A stretch of DNA of 64,000 nucleotides from Eledone cirrhosa. Taxonomy: Eukaryota. The notes below the pieces were generated by a model. It did no database searches and was not told the origin of the DNA. It saw only the letters and a program-made list of their open reading frames with translations. Below are positions 27,525 through 41,047 of this stretch, piece by piece (position 1 is the stretch's first letter; the number at the start of each line of letters is the position of its first letter). The translations under genes were made by a program, and so were the position numbers. The stretch is from the NCBI GenBank assembly GCA_964016885.1, contig OZ024741.1:181722001-181786000 (forward strand). The letters are read 5' to 3'.

Positions 27525-28352
27525 TATTATTATATTTTTTTTCTTATTATTATATTTTTTTTTATATTATTATAATTTTTTCTATTATTATATTATTATA
27601 TTTTTTCCTATTATTATATTTTTTTTATATTATTATATTTTTTTCCTATTATTATATATTTTTTTCCTATTATTATATTTTTTCTAATAATTATTTGTGT
27701 GTGAGTATGTAGGTGTGTGTACATATTTCTATATTTGTGCATGCGTATGTATGCGTGTATATATGTGTGTATGTATGTGTATGTATGTACGTGTGTATAT
27801 ATGTATGATTGTGTGTATGTATGTGTATGTATATATGTATGTATATGTATGTGTGTATATATATATATGTGTGTATATATATGTATGTGTGTGTATGTAT
27901 GTATGTATGTATATATATAGTTATGTATATATATATATATATATGCATGTATATGTGTGTTTGTGTATGTATGCATGTTTGTGTATTTGTATTTATGTGT
28001 ATGTATGGATATGTTGATAATTATGTGTGTATGTATGTGTATATGTATGTGTATGTATATATATACACATATATATGTGTGTGTGTGTATATGTGTGTGT
28101 GTGTATGTATGTGTGTATGTATATATATATGTGTATGTATATAATTGTGTGTGTGTGTGTTTTCAGGTGTGTTTATTTTTCCTTTCCTTCTTCCTTTTCC
28201 AGCCTCACTTTCATATAGATTATATATTTTTTAAAAAATCCAATGCCAATAAATACACCAGGATTTTTTCATTCTGATGATTGAAAGCAAAATTTGTTTG
28301 CTTTTAAGAAACCACTGGTAAATGAAATATTTGCCTTATGTTGGTTATTACA

Positions 28353-28388
<36 letters not shown>

Positions 28389-28413
<25 letters not shown>

Positions 28414-28591
28414 AAAAAGAGATGAAATCGAAAATGCAACTGGAGTCTTATTTTTTTAAAAATATATATATTTATTTGGTTCTCACCTTCTGAAAAGCAG
28501 AAGAACTACGAAACCGGTAAAGGAACCAAATAAATATATATATTTAAATAAAAATAAGACTCCAGTTGCATTTTCGATTTCATCTCTTTTT

Positions 28592-28596
<5 letters not shown>
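28389..28596. mobile_element. Fold-back mini-element with a hammerhead in the loop
   Basis: Arms 28389-28482 and 28523-28596. Loop reads cctt-CTGAAAA-gcag-aagaa-ctac-GAAA-ccgg-TA-aagg. (TA)n on both sides. Confidence 0.7.
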
Positions 28597-28658
<62 letters not shown>

Positions 28659-28744
28659 GGAGGTGAGTTTTATTGTAGTACAATAAAGCAATGCAGATAT
28701 CGGATAAGAAGCACTCTACAGTTTGTAGGACTGGAGTATACATA

Positions 28745-29073
28745 ATATATAAGATCAAAAGATGGTTAAAGGAGTTCCATGTATTTTATTATGCGCATTT
28801 CAAAAACAAACATCATCATGCAATAATATTTGTGTTTTCATCAGATAAAACAGGAGAACATGATATGAAGGCTAAAAAACACTTGTGGATAGTGCAGTTT
28901 TAAATCAACATATATGTTGATTTAAAACTGCACTATCCACAAGTGTTTTTTAGCCTTCATATCATGTTCTCCTGTTTTATCTGATGAAAACACAAATATT
29001 ATTGCATGATGATGTTTGTTTTTGAAATGCGCATAATAAAATACATGGAACTCCTTTAACCATCTTTTGATCT

Positions 29074-29080
<7 letters not shown>
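28745..29080. repeat. 336-bp palindrome with one hammerhead per arm (28784-28850 -, 28975-29041 +)
   Basis: Centre at 28912/28913. ttttat-CTGATGA-aaacacaaata..tgtttgttttt-GAAA-tgcgca-TA-ataaaa. The same pseudo-ORF appears on both strands. Confidence 0.85.
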
Positions 29081-29121
<41 letters not shown>

Positions 29122-29420
29122 TAAAGAAAAAGAGATGAAATCGAAAATGCAACTGGAGTCTTATCTTTTTAAAAATATATATATTTATTTGGTTCCTTTA
29201 CCGGTTTCGCAGTTCTTCTGCTTTTCAAAAGGTGAGTTGAGATGGAGGGTCTGTGGTTTTTCTCACATCTGATGTGAGAAAAACCACAGACCCTCCATCT
29301 CAACTTACCTTTTGAAAAGCAGAAGAACTGCGAAACCGGTAAAGGAACCAAATAAATATATATATTTAAAAAAAAAATAAGACTCCAGTTGCATTTTCGA
29401 TTTCATCTCTTTTTCTTTAT
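29122..29420. repeat. Palindrome with one U3-A8 hammerhead per arm (29195-29232 -, 29308-29345 +)
   Basis: Centre ctcacatc-t-gatgtgag. cctt-TTGAAAA-gcag-aagaa-ctgc-GAAA-ccgg-TA-aagg. Confidence 0.85.
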
Positions 29421-29455
29421 ACTTTCACTCGTGTAGGACACCTCGGTTATTTTTC

Positions 29456-29487
<32 letters not shown>

Positions 29488-29611
29488 AGGGCTCCCTAAT
29501 GATTTCTCCCGAATGAAACAGTTCTGGTCCTAGAATATATTAAATATTAATACTCTGCTATGTATTGAGTACCTTACTTACTGTGGTTACCCCCGTTGAA
29601 CCCGGGATAAA

Positions 29612-29650
<39 letters not shown>

Positions 29651-30387
29651 AAAAGAATGAAACGAAAATTCATTTCTCACTCTTAGTACGGCTGATACTT
29701 AAATGTAAGTATGTATACGTACATTCATATAAGTATACAGACGTACAGTAGTATGTATATATATACATACATGCACACATATATATATATATATGTACGT
29801 ATGGCCTTACCGAACATTTATTATAATGCTCGGTTTGTTTGTAAACAAACAGCCCGAATTACGCCGTACAGTGTTCGGCAACCATCGTCGCCCTTTTGTT
29901 CAACACTGACACAGGAATGATGTACTAGTTTAAAGCTTATTAGCTATCTTCAGCATCGTATACCTTCCTGTCAGATGATTGAACGTTTGCATCATGATTG
30001 AATGTGTGGATGTATGTATATATATACATACTACTGTACGTCTGTATACATATATGTATGTACGTATACATACTTACATATATATATATCTTAATATCTT
30101 CGTTTTGCGAGTAACTTTCATCTTTAATTTCTCTATAATTGTTGTATTATTCTTTTATAATCTTTGTCGCATCCACTGATACTGACCACAACATCTTCAC
30201 TCTTTAAATATGACACTGTTAATGACAACACTAACATCTACGTATCTTTACGATTGTTCTGTGGAATAGGAGGTTAATTATATGTCTAAACTTGGCCAGT
30301 GCTCCGATAAATCCAAACGAAAGTTTGGAGGAAACGATTGTCAGCAATAAAATGTTTTGAACATAGTTTTGATTATTCTGTAATATA

Positions 30388-30441
<54 letters not shown>

Positions 30442-30523
30442 TATATTACAGAATAATCAAAACTATGTTCAAAACATTTTATTGCTGACAATCGTTTCCT
30501 CCAAACTTTCGTTTGGATTTATC

Positions 30524-30617
<94 letters not shown>

Positions 30618-30634
30618 TGGTGTGTATATATATG

Positions 30635-30679
<45 letters not shown>

Positions 30680-30683
<4 letters not shown>

Positions 30684-33650
30684 TACAGAATAATTAAAAC
30701 TGTTCAAAACATTTTATTGCTGACAATCGTTTCTTCCAAACTTTCGTTGGTTTCAACGGAGCACTGGCAAAGTTTAGGCATATAATTAACCTCCTATTCC
30801 ACAGAACAATCGTAAAGATACGTAGATGTTAGTGTTGTCATTAACAGTGTCATATTGAAAGAGTGAAGATGTGGTCAGTATCAGTGGATGCGACAAAGAT
30901 TATAAAAGAATAATACAACAATTATAGAGAATTAAAGATGAAAGTTACTCGCAAAACGAAGATATTAAGAGTACATATGCAAGCGTATAGAAAGAGTGCA
31001 GATGTGTTAGGCATGTATAGAATAACCAGGTAAGAAACAAGCAATGGTACTAAGCATGTATATCACAGTATGGCAAATGTATCACATAATACAATGCAGG
31101 TATAAAACCATATTAAGCAGACAGAGATGCGGCGTGGGTATGAAAAACAGTTTCTATGAAGTTTATGGTGGATGTAGTGTGATAATTGTTCCGGTAATGT
31201 TCAAATGTACATGTGTTGTGAGTATTAATATTAAGGTTTTCCTTTCCATTACATTGGTTATATTTAAAGTAAATATTTATTAGTAGCTATAACTGTGGAT
31301 TGTAAGTTGGTCCAATTACAATATTATCAAGGGTTCGAGTTGTTCAGGAGTGATCTGTCTAACGGTTTAATTTCAGGAATTAATTAGAGATCTATATTAA
31401 GGGGAGCTAATGTGAAAGGGAGGTAATTGGCAATTAATTTCTATATAAGAGAAAAATGTATAGTTGTTTACAACTCCAATTAGTTAAATCCTATGTGTTA
31501 ATATACTATATATTATGTTATAAGTGAATCCTATTATATAATGCTATTTATTTTTAAATTTATATATTTAATTTTAAATACAATCTTTTTTCCATATAAT
31601 ACCTTAATTGTCACATTTTATCACTACCTACTCAAATATTAATTAAATGAATAAAATATTAGTAAGTTATTGTAGTTATATTAAATGGTGGTAACTTTAT
31701 GTTTAACTCTATTAGTTATTGTAGAGTTTAAGATTTGAGATAAATAGGAGGTAAGTAGAGGAATGAGCTGATCATAGAATGTGATACTCTGGGGGTAATT
31801 ATATGCTGATAAAACCTAGAGGTAAAATGTTAACGGTGGTGAGGAATCCAGATCTGACATTGTTATATACTAGCAGCTAGGTTTGAAGTTGTTGAAAGAG
31901 TGTCGGCTGTAGTGTTGGCACATGGAAAAAATTTCTGATTTTCTATTTAAGAGGTTTAGCTTAGAATAGATTATAGTGCGAGTCTCGAGGCGACAGAGGT
32001 TACATAATTTATTAGGTTGTTTATATGATGCGGCCTTATCTATTACTTCCCATCTAAGTGTGTATGGTCTATTCTTAGTTTTCAGAGAGTGTATGTAGTT
32101 AGATAAAAAAGTGGAGTTGGCTAGATTGCGATTTTTGAAAGAGTGGAGATGCGAGTTATATCTCATCTTGAAGTAGAACCGATATATGTTTTTGAAGTGT
32201 TGTTTGTATTGACTGTACATGAGTAAATGATGTCTTTGATTAAGCAATTTTTTCCTAAGGGGAAAGTTCTATTTGTTCTACAGTTATAGTTATTCTGTTT
32301 GTTTACTTGCTGGTTAATAGGGTGTGTAGATGCATGGTTGTTAAGAATAGCATTAGGGTAATGATGATTATCATTCCCATTGTTATTAATTTCATTAGTG
32401 CCATTATTATTATTGCTACTAGAATTCTCTGGTACTATGTTGTTATGTAAGTTCACCCCCTGTTGCGATTGAATTAGTTGGAAATAATTATTAATCTTCC
32501 TTTTATTACGACTAGCTAGATGCTACATGTTAGGTGTGGTAGAGTAAGAGATTTTAATGGTATTTTTATTGATAAGATTATGGTATTTGTGGCCGACTGG
32601 GAAGTTGGTAGAAAAGTTTAGATTGAAAGAGGGATTGAAAAATGTATTAGTTCTTCTACTTTTGTTTTTTGTAATGTTATTTGAGGTATGGTTTATATTT
32701 CTGTTTATATTATTATTATTGAGTGTTTATTTTGGTGTGAGTTAATTTTGATATTACCTTTCGTACTAGAGTTAGAGTGGCTAGTACTTTTATTACTTTT
32801 ATTCATGGCCATATTGTGAGAAATAATGTTGTAACTAGGTGATTTTATAGGTAAAAATCTAATTTTATTTATATGGCCTGATCGAGCTAAGGCCTCATTA
32901 TAGTATTGGGAATTACTGTTAAATATAGTTTCATTATATGATAGGGTAGAAATTATATTTGATATTCCTTTAGTAATTGAGTTTAATATAGATTTAGGGT
33001 GATTAAAGTTGGTATCTACATAAAGTAGTTTTTCGTTTGGTTCATGAAAGGGTGTATATATTTTAGAGTCCAGGCAAAGGGTAGCATCAAGGAAGTTAAC
33101 GTTTTTAGTGTTTTTATCTAAGGTAATACTTAAGTTGAAGTTTTTAAAAGATTTATGCAATTGTTTCCTAGTTCTTTCTATATTAAATTAAGAAGTAGTG
33201 CATCATCGCAGTGTAAACCACCAATGAGGTAGGGCAGATTCTTATGAATTTCATTTGAGAGATATAGACCCACCAAATAGGTGACCTGCGCCGAGTCACT
33301 AGATCCCATAATTATGTCAAAGTTGTTAGGTGTGTCCTTGCGGGTCCATAATTGATCTTCAAATACAATTATGGTTTTACAGGCCACAAGGATCTAACAT
33401 CTACGTATCTTTACGATTGTTCTGTGGAATAGGAGGTTAATTATATGTCTAAACTTTGCTAGTGCTCCGATGATTCCAAACGAAAGTTTGGAAGAAACGA
33501 TTGTCAGCAATAAAATGTTTTGAACATAGTTTTGATTATTCTGTAATTTATATTCCGGCTCTATAAATCATCTGATATATTTACATTGAGCTATTTTTCT
33601 TACTGGTAATAAGGTAGTAATGAATTACTGACCTTTCCTGTTTATAATTA
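30680..33650 (-). mobile_element. Degraded 5'-truncated Penelope-like element with 3' pseudo-LTR and inverted 5' pseudo-LTR
   Basis: Broken RT (FDIIMGSSDSAQV..GGLHCDDAL; VNFLDATL) and GIY-YIG (IIYSCTV..YIGSTS; CNLCRLE) at 31870-33390. pLTR at 30680-30970 (-), inverted copy from 33394 (+), extra inverted copy at 30088-30385. Confidence 0.85.
33463..33509 (+). ncRNA. Type I hammerhead motif, U4C variant
   Basis: tgct-CCGATGA-ttccaaac-gaaa-gtttggaa-GAAA-cgattg-TC-agca. Sister copies at about 30300-30347 (+) and 30718-30763 (-). Confidence 0.7.
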
Positions 33651-33719
33651 TATATAGAGTATATATAAGTATAAATAATATTATTATTATTATTAATATA
33701 TATATATATATATATTAGT

Positions 33720-34575
33720 ATATGTTGGTTGTTTACCGATACCTCAGTATGCAGATTGGAGTACTCGACGAAGTACCCAGGTTGGTTTGTTTACTCTGGA
33801 GTAATGTAAAATGAGTAAGTCAAACATGTGAAATTTGGCTTCGTTTATTATAAATTCTCTGCTATATATATGTCGGTGACAGCTATTATTGACTGTGACC
33901 TCTTCAGGCAGTACGAATTAATGTGGAAAAGACAGGCAAACATCTTGTTGAGATGTGTTCCACTCTGTCAATTCATCAATATGTCCAGCTCCTGGGTGTG
34001 TTGTTAGTCCTCCGAGGAACTGGAATCATATGGGCTAGAACAAACGAATTTCAGCGTCAGAGGACACGCTCCTACCCCATTGGTCAGTTATCGTACCACT
34101 CCCCAGTCGAAAGTCTATAGAAATTCTTCAGGGACAGGTGAGCCTGTTATAGTTGTTTTTATCAGAATGTTTAAGTCCAGCTAACCTCCTTTACTATGGT
34201 GGTAGTGGTAGTGGTTTTAAGAGGTCAGCTAGCAGGTCAACCTTAGTAGGCTGCTGCTATGATCGGAAGAATTTGTGTGTGTAGGCTGGCATCTATCCTG
34301 CCACCACTTCACGTGGTGGGGGATGCCAAACAAAGGATGTGTGTGTGTTACAACCAATAAAAAAAAAAAGCAAGAATTTAGAAAAATATAAAATGAAATA
34401 AAAAAAACCGTGTCTCAAAATAGAGAAGTGTAAAGAATTACAATTCTGTCTTTTCCACATTAATTCGTACTGCCTGAAGAGGTCACAGCCAATAATAGCT
34501 GTCACCAAAATATATATACCAGAGAATTTATAATAAACGAAGCCAAATTTTACATGTTTGACTTACTTATTTTAT
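33720..34575. mobile_element. Non-coding element with inverted arms (33808-33935 / 34446-34575), each with a mutated HHR
   Basis: Consensus of the two arms: ctgc-CTGAAGA-ggtcacagc/gctgtcacc-GAAA-tatata-TA-gcag. The arms read GACA and AAAA at the GAAA position. Confidence 0.65.
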
Positions 34576-34770
34576 TTTATATATATATATATATATATAT
34601 ATCCAAAATTAAGATAAATCAAAATGAATTTAATCTAAATCAAAATTATGGATGCACCATATCATGGCATCAATACTAGGCAGGCAACCTGGCATTGATT
34701 CGACTAAAGACAATACTCATATCTCCTGTGATTATTCATGTTTATTTATATGTTAATCAATTTCTAGTTG

Positions 34771-34822
<52 letters not shown>

Positions 34823-35044
34823 AAATGGATGCAGTAAAAACCCGCTAGACCATTATTCACCAGAGTACTTGATACTTGGAATAGTAGAGTGTGGTAATAT
34901 CAAAGAGTTGGGACTCCGACGGTAGAGTTCTTGCCGTTTCAACAGCAAGTTCAAAACTGCTTTTTAGAACTTGGAGTTGAAACGGCAAGAGCTCAGACGT
35001 CGGTGTCCCGACTCTTTCATATATATATATATATACATATATAT

Positions 35045-36592
35045 TTATTAAAATAACAGATTAAAGTTTAAGCAAAGAATCGCTGCTTTCACCCTTAACG
35101 GGATCTTCTGAAACTAACAAAGTCAATCTGTAAACGCAGAACTGGATATTTCAAAAAACGTTGCAACCGGAGGAAGACAGGAGGACGATACTTTGGTTCG
35201 TGGTAACGTTCGCTGGCAAAGAACGGGAAAAAACGAATAATACGTCATTAATAGGAGCGGTGGAAAACAATTACGCGCAAAGACAAAACCACGTTTATGG
35301 TATAAAAGAGGTCGTAGACTAATGTTCTCTTAGGTGGTGCATAGAGACGTTCTCTGGCAATGAACGAAAAAACGAAGATAATAAGTCATATGTGGAGCGT
35401 GGAGAACAATAGCACGCAAAGACAAAACCACGTAAATGGTATAGCAGAAATCGTAGACTAAAATTCTAACTAGGAGACCAAATGAATCTGCGCTACAGAG
35501 TTAAGAACAAAGTAAATAAATACAATACAGAAGTAATAGAAACAAATAAATACATACACGCAAACAGATACGTACATACACAAGCATACGCAAAACCTTA
35601 CCATGGGTATACAAAACCACGCACATATAAATATGTGTGTGTGTGTATGCTTGTGTACAAATAAATAAATAATTATATAAACGTATATAAGTAAATAAAT
35701 ACGTATATAACAAGCGCACACGCATACCTACATATAAATACAAGAATGTTCGGAGACGTAAGTCAACTAAAACAAGTACACATATACACACACCCACCAT
35801 ACGTACGAACCTGCATACTCACGCGGACGCAAAACTCCCGTATACACATAGCCAAACCCTAAATACCAGAATATGTAAAAATTATACGCTATAACAGTCA
35901 AATATACGTAGGAGAAGGTATACATACCTTCACAAAACATACGGGTAATATATACTTACCTATGCAAATAAGCAAAGGAATAAACAAAACATATACTTAG
36001 CTCCCACATCAAGACGTAAAATATCCACGTATAGATCGTGCTATCCGTTAGGGTATAACGTGGGGCTGTAATACAGGAAAGTTTTGTGCAATTTATGTTT
36101 ACAAGCCGAAATTGCCTCAGATTTTTTGTTTAAGATGTGGTCTGTAGCGTAGAGTATTTCCAGGGCCTCAGCGGCGCAGAGGTCACATGGTCTTTTATTT
36201 CCGTTATACGATCTAGCCCTAGCTAGGATCTCCCAGTGTAACTTATATTGGGTGTGGTTGTCTTTTAGACTCCAGATATAAGCTGAAAGTGACGTCATAT
36301 TCCTTCTTAGAGGGTAACGAAAAGAATGGGTATGCATGTAAAGACGCTGCTTGAAACTATTGGCGGTTAACCCTATGTAGGCCCTACGGGACGTGGGTGT
36401 TACAACCTTACATTTGTAGACAATGTTACTAGAGAGGAATTTCCCGGATAGGGGGCAATCCGCCCGATTCCTACAATTACAGTTAGTACTAACTACAGGG
36501 TTGCACGTGTTCCTACGGCTAGGTAGTTTAGCTAAATTTGAAGCTGTGATGTTATGTGCGAGGTTAGGAGTCGTAGAGTAAGAAATTTTATA
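35045..36592 (-). mobile_element. 5'-truncated Penelope-like element: GIY-YIG (36041-36592) plus about 1-kb 3' UTR
   Basis: YKISYSTTPN..CNCRNRADCPL..NIVYKCKV..AYIGLTANSFKQR..CDLCAAEA..LNKKSE. Truncated at (TA)n. Confidence 0.85.
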
Positions 36593-36677
<85 letters not shown>

Positions 36678-38850
36678 TGAAGTAGAGGATCGACCGCGAG
36701 TTCAACCTGTTTCGGCTTGTTACAATATATATATATATTGTGTGTGTGTGTGTGAAAATGGTAACAGGAGTGAGAAAAGACTGGGAGATTCAGGGCGCTA
36801 GTACCTCTGCTTACAACGAGGAACCTTTCTCTCTGACGTCGGGGTTGACGGTAGTGATGCCTGTGAGCGAGCAGCGATGCTTCATCGTAGTAAGGCATAG
36901 GACTCGTTTGCAGAGGACCTGGTGGGATAGGACTTAGTGTGAAGGAGTATTGTCTTTAGTCGAATCAATGCCAGGTTGCCTTCCTAGTATTGATGCCATG
37001 ATATGGTGCATCCAGTAGACTCTGTGGGGTGGTTGGTGAGAGGAAGGACATATAGCTGTGATGCTATTTCAAAAAGTGTTGAACGGACTCTGCAGATGTG
37101 TGAAGGCCACAGGGCCACAACAAACGTCCCACTTTATAAAGTGGCTGTGATGGGATGTGCATTTACCAGTAAAAAACATTCCAAAGAAAATGTGGAGAGG
37201 TATCTTCAGTTGTATGAGGGGAATGGCGGCCATTTTTGTGCAGGTACTACAAGAAAATGCACAGTACTCTGTAAAATCCTGAAATGAGTATAAGCGAGAT
37301 GCAGCTCCGGCCCATCTGAGCGATCAGTAGCATTTATTGAGTAATGATTTGGTTTTTGATGACCAACGTGATCCTCTCTAGTATGTAAAACGGATGTTAA
37401 ATTGTGATAATGATGATGATGAGGATTTATGTATGTATTGTATTTTGTAATGGAAAAATATACATAGGTATTTACAAGGTGTCTTGTTGTATGATACTAA
37501 TTCAAATAACTTTTATATTTTGCAGATTATATGAAATCTGTTTCTAATTGGTAAGTTTGAACATTATATATCGTCACTGGCTTCTGCAGTCGTTATTAAA
37601 AAAAAAAATAAATAAATAAAAAAAAACGAGTAATTTTTCAGAAACAGTAGATAACCAAATGAAATATTTTGAATAATATTGATATTGATGATTATAATGA
37701 GGTTGAGGGTGATAATCACAATGATGACTAGGACGGTGATAACGATGACGATGTCGATGATGACAGTAGGAAGAAAATACACAAGTTACGGAAAATTCTT
37801 TCAAACAAATCTATGGCCATAATGCCATTCCATGTATGATATATCACAGAGCTGTCAGCGTCTAAAAACCCAAACGGGAAGTACCATGAAAAAGTGCTCC
37901 AAAAAGAGGAGAAATGAGGCAAAATGGGGAGATTTTACATAATGAAAGCTATATCCATTTTCACAAGAGAAGACATCTCTCACCCACCGGAACGTGGGTG
38001 GGAGATCTCCCCGTCGGACGGGGAGAGTTGATAGGTCTGATATCAGTTCGAGACAACTTACGTTTTATCAATGTTAAATGCTTCTACGATCCACGGGTCA
38101 AGGAAGGTCTGTGGTGTAAAGGATAGGATGCCTGACAATGCTTTGTAGTATTTTCTTACGTCTAATGTACTGAGTTTAACTTTTCCCAAAGTAGAATTCA
38201 CCTTTCACTTCTCTAGTGTTTGATAAAATAAGTACTTGGCGTACAGTGAAGTCGACTAATCCACTATAATCTAGCTAATACAGTTAATATCTTACCACAA
38301 TACTTTACAATAACTATGAACAGTCTACAAATGACATTACAAATATTAATATTCTTTGATTTATTATTAATTCAAAATGGTGACACTTGATTAGTCAATA
38401 TAACTCTACTTTGTGTAGTGTTTACAAATAAGAATGATTTAATTTTCCATGAGGTACAGAGAGATCAAAGGTCCGACAGAGAGTTCTTAATAAAAAATAC
38501 TCTACATACGTTGTCTGAAATTCTGAAATGTGGACATTTTTTATTATTAAAAGTACCCGTTAAATGACGGGAGTTATACTAAAACATATTTTATTTAATA
38601 ATTACTTGATTACAAACCTTTAAGTAAAGATTTGCCTTGACTTCTTTCTCTTGTGACTTTGGCCATTTCCGGATTTCATTTCATTTTCATTCAAATCAAT
38701 TGCGATTATTTTCTTCCATATTTTCTTTAAAAGTTATCAAACCTATATCCACTAATTTACATCTTTGTTCTATCTATCTATATATCTATCTATCTATCTA
38801 TCTCTTTGTATTGTCACATTTTCTTGTGCGCCCTTGTGGCAAATAAAGAA

Positions 38851-38901
<51 letters not shown>

Positions 38902-39095
38902 CTCAGATGGTATAGACGTAGGTAACTTCAGCTCTTGCCTTTTTGGAATATTTTACGTGTTAACAGTAAGTGTTTGTTTGTATTTTGTGTCCCCGTGTGA
39001 ATTAACCTCCCGCCTAAGTTTGTAGACGGGGGGTAATTTTATTTTTACCCCTTTTGGCGGTAAAAACTACCTTTTAAAAATTTTTGTTGACGTAT

Positions 39096-40863
39096 ATGTC
39101 AATAATGGACGCCATGAACAACAACAACTCTACCACGCCCCCTGACGAAAGTGAGAGAAAGGAACAACAAATGAATGTAATTGAAACTTCCCCCCTCTTA
39201 CTTTCAAATACGATTATGCACAATGTTTCTACTGTAAATTTTGAAAATGTGGGTAAAAACCCCCAAAATATTAACATGAAATTGTATGAAAATACAAACG
39301 ACACAAACACACAGAAACTGCAAAACAATATCAACATGGACAAAGATAACACAGAAAAAAATAGAAAAAAGCAACGAAAAAGAAAACAATGGGTACGAGG
39401 ATAATGGAAAGATTTCCTTTGCCCAAACTGCGAAAAAAAACCTTCAATACCTACCAGTAGACATAAGCAACGCTAAGGAGCTACTGGCAGAAACCAAAAA
39501 TTACATAGTATACGGGGAAAATGGATCATTTTCGATCCCCCCACCCCCCGGAACTAAAAAAGTCAGAGAGTACTAAACACAGTGATGTTTAGGACAGTGT
39601 TAAATAAAACGAAAAGACCAGCTCAACCATGACAGAGTGATATAGAGCTGGTCTTAAAAGATGTAATGAAAGACATTCGGTTCATACAAAAGGATAGACT
39701 CTATGGGAGTCTATCCATTCTCATGAAGGACCAGGACACGACAAAAAGACTTTCGGTAAAACCTATTACATCCACCGCATACACCTTCTACCCTACGTAA
39801 ATGGGTAGAAGGACACAGAAAATAAAAATACACACCATTCTTCCAATTATGGACATATGGTGGGTGTTAACAGGTTTTCTTGACCTGAACGATGACATAT
39901 TGATATCCATAGAAAAGGCATCGGGTGACGCGTTCAGTGGAACGGGCCTCGAACTTTTAGTTCAAATGAGGCTCGAAAGAATCGCCCAGATCCCTGAACG
40001 CGTCATACTTGATGACCAAACTTTTATAAATATTACCGTTGAGGATAGGCGGCCCTCGTGTTACCTCTGTGGAACCAGAGGTCACCTGAGGGCTGTTTGT
40101 CCGTAACTTAAAAAGAAAACTCCAATTCTGCCCACACCACCAACAACTACACAACCAACACAATCAGCACCACCACCACTACAAAAACAACAACCACAAG
40201 TTAACACAAAACAAAACACTGTCCAACCCAGCCCCTCCACTCAAAAAACAATTTCCAAAACACCCACACCGCAAACACTACCCGAAAATTTACCCCTCCC
40301 CTCCAACACGGAAGTCGACCCCCGTTCGTCGTCGTCAGACGAGGGGGAGCATTTCCAAGAAGTTAAAAGAAAGAAAAGAAAACACCCCAGGCACACAAAT
40401 AAAAACAACCCCTCCCCAAAACATAACACAGACATCAACACAAAAGAACACACCACAACAGCAAACAAAAAACACCACACAAAAACAAAAATATGCATAC
40501 ACATACATAAACACAAGAAACAAAAAAACTGGTCGGACGCCATGCTTTCCAGCATAGTTACATCCCTTTACGATCTGAGTTCAAATCCCGCTGAGGTTGA
40601 CTTTGCCTTTCATCCTTACGGGGTCGATAAAATAAAGTACCAGTAATGCACTGGGTAAATGCTGGCCTTGTGCCTAAAGTAGAAACAATTATTTATAATA
40701 ACAATTTGGTAAAAACCGAAGGGCCTAACTTCACCCAGGCAGAGGGTTTCCCCCACCTCAAAATGATAAAAGACCCAGGGGACATATACAAAGCTTTAAA
40801 GGACAATTTTAAAGAGGACGTGCCCCCCCCCCCTGCGTCGGACCTATTAACCGCGTTCTCCTA
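39096..40863 (+). pseudogene. LINE ORF1 (gag-like), disrupted; SINE inserted at 40531-40704
   Basis: SFAQTAK and CYLCGTRGHLRAVC (CX2CX4HX4C), followed by a P/T/K-rich tail. Confidence 0.75.
40531..40704 (+). mobile_element. SINE inserted in LINE ORF1
   Basis: ggtcggacgccatgc..gagttcaaatccc..ggggtcgataaaataaagtaccag..aaagtagaaac. Confidence 0.85.
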
Positions 40864-41047
40864 AAAAATTATCCACCCCCTCCCCAAACACCCACACAAC
40901 TCCAAGCACCCCAACCCCACGACACACTGATGCCCCCACATTACTACAAACCTCCACCCCCTCAACCCCCGACTCCCATGGAAATTGGGCGGCCTGGTCC
41001 TCGGAACGTAGAGAGGTAGGTGCCTCCTTTTTCTCTTTACCACCAAC

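Noticed and set aside
28691-29152. Identical peptide ORFs on both strands
   Set aside because: A consequence of the palindrome, not coding.
35078-35115. CAGAAGA-tccc-gttaa-gggt-GAAA-gcagc on the minus strand (also about 50415-50447)
   Set aside because: No UH cleavage site or stem I.
37003-37287. 94-aa ORF in apparently unique sequence
   Set aside because: No recognisable motif or splice context, and it starts inside a repeat shared with 34648-34718.
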